From positions 1 through 29,764 of the forward strand of contig JBDZWC010000025.1 in the NCBI GenBank assembly GCA_040256005.1: 29,764 nucleotides of DNA, read 5' to 3'. The stretch is from Deinococcaceae bacterium (GTDB lineage Bacteria; Deinococcota; Deinococci; Deinococcales; Trueperaceae). The translations under genes were made by a program, and so were the position numbers. Below, in pieces: positions 27,007-29,764 of the stretch. The notes beneath the pieces were generated by a model, which was not told where the DNA came from, did not search any database, and saw nothing but the letters and a program-made list of their open reading frames with translations. The number at the start of each line of letters is the position of its first letter. Position 1 is the first letter of the stretch.

Positions 27007-27492
27007 CTATCCCACCTTGCCGATCCTCACGCGCCACACCTCCGGGCCCTCCTCCAGCGGGTCCCAACTGAACCTGCCCGGGTACTCGGCGGCGAACTGG
27101 TAGTAGAGCGGCTTGGGGTCGTGATCGTTCACGAGCACGTAGCCGTCGCCAGGCTGTAGCGCCTGATAGCGCTCGAGGATCAGCTCGTGGCGCCGCGCCG
27201 GGGCGAGATCGCGTACATCGAGCACGTAGTCATCGGCAGACGGTTGCCGTCGCCTGGGCGACCGGGTCAGGTAGTGCAACGTGCCGTTGAGGCGTTCGCC
27301 CTCGTTGGGCCAGGCGTTCCTCAACAGCTTCCAGCCCTGCGCGGCGAGCTCGCACGCCGCGTCGGCCTGGCCAGCGTCGCCCAGAGCTCTGAGCGCGCGA
27401 TCGAAGAGGCGGTTCAACTGACGCAGCGCTTCCGTCGGGTCGGTGGTCGGTGGTTCCGAAGTCGGGATGGTGGGTGCGGTCCTGTGGCTCAT
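27007..27492 (-). CDS. DUF2249 domain protein with N-terminal helical extension
   Basis: C-terminal LDVRDLAPARRHELI...LVNDHDPKPLYYQF...EEGPEVWRVRIGK. TAGGTT 6 nt before the ATG. Confidence 0.85.
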   Translation of the reverse strand: MSHRTAPTIPTSEPPTTDPTEALRQLNRLFDRALRALGDAGQADAACELAAQGWKLLRNAWPNEGERLNGTLHYLTRSPRRRQPSADDYVLDVRDLAPARRHELILERYQALQPGDGYVLVNDHDPKPLYYQFAAEYPGRFSWDPLEEGPEVWRVRIGKVG

Positions 27493-27667
27493 GCCCGGAA
27501 CCTAGCCGCGCCGCTGGACACCTGGCCACGACCTAGGTCAGCCACGCTTGGCAAGCGGCGCGCACTGCCTTCTCACCCCCCGGTAATCCCTCCCAGGATT
27601 CGCAACGGCAACCTTGTCCCCAGGCAACGCGGGCGACCAACACGGCGCCTGATCAAGGGAGGGTGTC

Positions 27668-28159
27668 ATGCAGCTGAACAACCTAGAGGATGTGCTGGCC
27701 CACGAGATCCAGGACCTTCATAGCGCTGAGAAGCAGCTCGTCGCGGCGCTGCCGAAGATGGCCAAGGCCGCCACGAACTCGAAGCTCCAGAAGGCGTTCG
27801 AGAAGCATCTCGACGTCACCAAGGAGCAGCTCAAGCGCATCGAAGAGGTGGGCAAGAAGATCGGCATCGAGCTGGACGGCCACGTCTGCGAGGGGATGAA
27901 GGGCCTGATCAAGGAGGCCAGCGGGCTCATCGAGGAGAACGAGATGAACGAGGCCCTCGACGTGGCGCTGATCTCGGCGGCCCAGCGGGTGGAGCACTAC
28001 GAGATCGGTGCCTACGGCAGCGCCGTCGAGTTCGCCAAGGAGCTCGGCCACGACGACGCCGCGAAGATGCTTCAGATGACCCTCGACGAGGAGGGCGCCG
28101 CCGACAAGGAGCTCACCAAGATCGCCGAAGGCGGCGTTAACGAGCGCGCTCAGGCCTAG
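27668..28159 (+). CDS. Ferritin-like protein, YciE/YciF (DUF892) family
   Basis: EIQDLHSAEKQLVAALPKMAKAA, HVCEGMKGLIKE, AAQRVEHYEIGAYG, TLDEEGAADKELT; GGAGGG RBS. Confidence 0.92.
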   Translation: MQLNNLEDVLAHEIQDLHSAEKQLVAALPKMAKAATNSKLQKAFEKHLDVTKEQLKRIEEVGKKIGIELDGHVCEGMKGLIKEASGLIEENEMNEALDVALISAAQRVEHYEIGAYGSAVEFAKELGHDDAAKMLQMTLDEEGAADKELTKIAEGGVNERAQA

Positions 28160-28243
28160 CACCTGGCCCGAAACGAAACGGCGGTATCACAGCAGCTTCT
28201 CGGCCCCGGCCACTCGGTCGGGGCCAACGTCTATCCTCAGGCG

Positions 28244-28675
28244 ATGAGACGCCCACGCGTACCGGTGGTGATAGCTGCGCTGCTCGCTCTCGGCCTCGCC
28301 GCCTGCGTCCCGGTCACCGTTCCGGGCCTCAGGCAGATCCATGGACAGACGTGGGCAGCTCGCTTCGACGTCGAGGTTCAGGTGGCGGGCAGCTACCTTC
28401 GTCTGCCGGTCGACCTGGCGATCGAGTTCCACCAGAGCCTCCAGGACGTGACCGCGGAAGCCACCCTGCAGTACGACGCCGGCATCTTCAGGCTGCAGAC
28501 GGGCGGACTGGTCCAGCTTTCGGGCCACCTTGGGTTCGATGACAGCCTCAGCCTGGACAGCCAGTCCGGGGCCCTGAGCTTCGACGGCAGGTTCGTCGGG
28601 GACCGGCTGGTGGGCACCGTGGCCATCGTGGGCGTGGTTCCGGTCGCGGACGTCGCCTTCTACCGGGTGCGCTAG
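28244..28675 (+). CDS. Hypothetical lipoprotein, beta-rich
   Basis: Basic N-terminus, hydrophobic stretch and lipobox LAAC. TATCCT 6 nt before the ATG. Confidence 0.75.
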   Translation: MRRPRVPVVIAALLALGLAACVPVTVPGLRQIHGQTWAARFDVEVQVAGSYLRLPVDLAIEFHQSLQDVTAEATLQYDAGIFRLQTGGLVQLSGHLGFDDSLSLDSQSGALSFDGRFVGDRLVGTVAIVGVVPVADVAFYRVR

Positions 28676-28801
28676 GGCGCGAAGGGCCCTGCGACACGCC
28701 CGGTGGGGTAGCGGCCATCCACGCGCCTCGGTTGGGCAGGTGCCTGCGAAGGCATCGATCCGCTAGGGTTCTGTAAGACCCTGTGCGGTAGTGATAGACA
28801 C

Positions 28802-29764
28802 ATGTCCTTCGGGATCGACCACAACCAGCTCCTGGCCGCCTTGACGAGCTTGCCGCGGTCGAGGGCAGCTGCGCTGCGGGCTCTTCCCGACCTGCTCACC
28901 GAGCAGGGAGAAGGACATACCACCGTCAGCGTCCTCTTCGAGGAGCGACCGAAGATCATCGCCAGCAACAACCTCGACTACCCTGTAGGCACCCTGCTGC
29001 CGGCGGACGGCATCGTCGCCCACACCGGGCGTGGCGGCAGCATGACGTACGTGAGCGACACGTCGCGGGACGAGCGCTATCGCCCTGTCGACAAGACCTA
29101 CGCCGTCGAGCTCGCGCTGCCCATCCGGGAGAGGGACGAGACCGTCGCGGTGCTCAACATCGAACGCAACGTGCCGTTCACCTCGGAGGAGTTGCACACC
29201 CTGGTCGTCTTCTCGGTGAGCGTGGGTGAGCTGCTGACCGAAGCTTCGCGAAGCCAGGAGGCGGTGATCACGGCCGCCTTGAGCGCCGAGTTGGCTACGC
29301 TGAGCGACCCAGTCGAGGCGGCCAACATCGCCATCCGGATCGTCGCCAGTGCGGTGGGGGCGACCGGGGCGGTGATCGCCCCGGACCGGCGCGGCCGGAT
29401 CCGGCCGGTAGCCGGCTACAACGTGCCGCCGACCTCGGAGGCAGCCGCACTGCTGCGCGAAGGCACTCCTTACCCCCAGGGCCTCATGTGGCGCACGGTC
29501 CTGAGCGGGGAGGCGCAGCTCACCTACGACTACGCCAGCCACGAGCACTCGTTGGAGAGTCACAGGGGACTCTTCGGACCGGTCGTGGTAGCTGTGCCGA
29601 TGGGAGCGGAGTCGGACCACTCGGTCCTGGCGCTGCAGTTCGACCAGGGTGCGCACGTGAGCGCCGCTGACCTCGTCCTGCTCACGAACGTCAGCCAGCA
29701 CCTAGGCATCATCTTGAGCGCCGTGCGCGCCTACGCTCTGCAGGAGAGGCTGTTCGAGCTTCAC
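28802..29764 (+). CDS. Multi-GAF-domain sensor protein (5' part; runs off the window's right edge)
   Basis: Manual translation from ATG 28802 is open to the end of the window. GAF1: GIVAHTGRGG...YVSDTSRDERY...ELALPIRERDETVAVLNIE. GAF2: GLMWRTVLSGE...VVAVPMG...VLAL. The output domain is not visible. Confidence 0.8.
   Translation, partial: MSFGIDHNQLLAALTSLPRSRAAALRALPDLLTEQGEGHTTVSVLFEERPKIIASNNLDYPVGTLLPADGIVAHTGRGGSMTYVSDTSRDERYRPVDKTYAVELALPIRERDETVAVLNIERNVPFTSEELHTLVVFSVSVGELLTEASRSQEAVITAALSAELATLSDPVEAANIAIRIVASAVGATGAVIAPDRRGRIRPVAGYNVPPTSEAAALLREGTPYPQGLMWRTVLSGEAQLTYDYASHEHSLESHRGLFGPVVVAVPMGAESDHSVLALQFDQGAHVSAADLVLLTNVSQHLGIILSAVRAYALQERLFELH

Noticed and set aside
21050..28700. 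Possible horizontally acquired island around the MerR/vWA-Macro unit
   Set aside because: Codon usage seems slightly less GC-biased by eye, but I cannot quantify it, and I found no integrase, tRNA, transposase or flanking direct repeats.
1..29764. CRISPR array, tRNA, rRNA, IS elements
   Set aside because: No regularly spaced repeats, cloverleaf/rRNA signatures, transposase ORFs or terminal inverted repeats were recognised; intergenic gaps are short.

Overview
GC-rich bacterial chromosomal window. It is most consistent with Deinococcota, possibly Trueperaceae-like. This is an inference from gene content and from many TANNNT -10 boxes lying 5-6 nt before start codons. The left end is housekeeping: partial yqeK-like HD gene, obgE, rpmA, rplU, HU. 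Next come a gluconokinase, a flavodoxin, an acyl-CoA synthetase plus Liv-type ABC importer operon, a cold-shock protein, a PabC-like lyase, YbaN, OsmC, an ABC exporter, a YqjD/E/K-like trio and DUF1572. These are followed by a membrane protein + alpha/beta hydrolase + ftsH-paralog unit, whose ftsH has an internal frameshifting deletion, then an Rdx/SelW protein, EamA and a Nudix hydrolase. The right part holds a MerR-like HTH regulator + vWA-macrodomain fusion unit, amtB, DUF2249, a YciF-like ferritin, a lipoprotein and a truncated multi-GAF protein. The most interesting element is the apparently autoregulated MerR-HTH / vWA-Macro module with a Nudix gene downstream, a candidate ADP-ribosylation-linked stress or conflict system. 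Two leaderless upstream mini-ORFs that overlap downstream gene starts are also notable. No rRNA, tRNA, CRISPR array or transposase was recognised.
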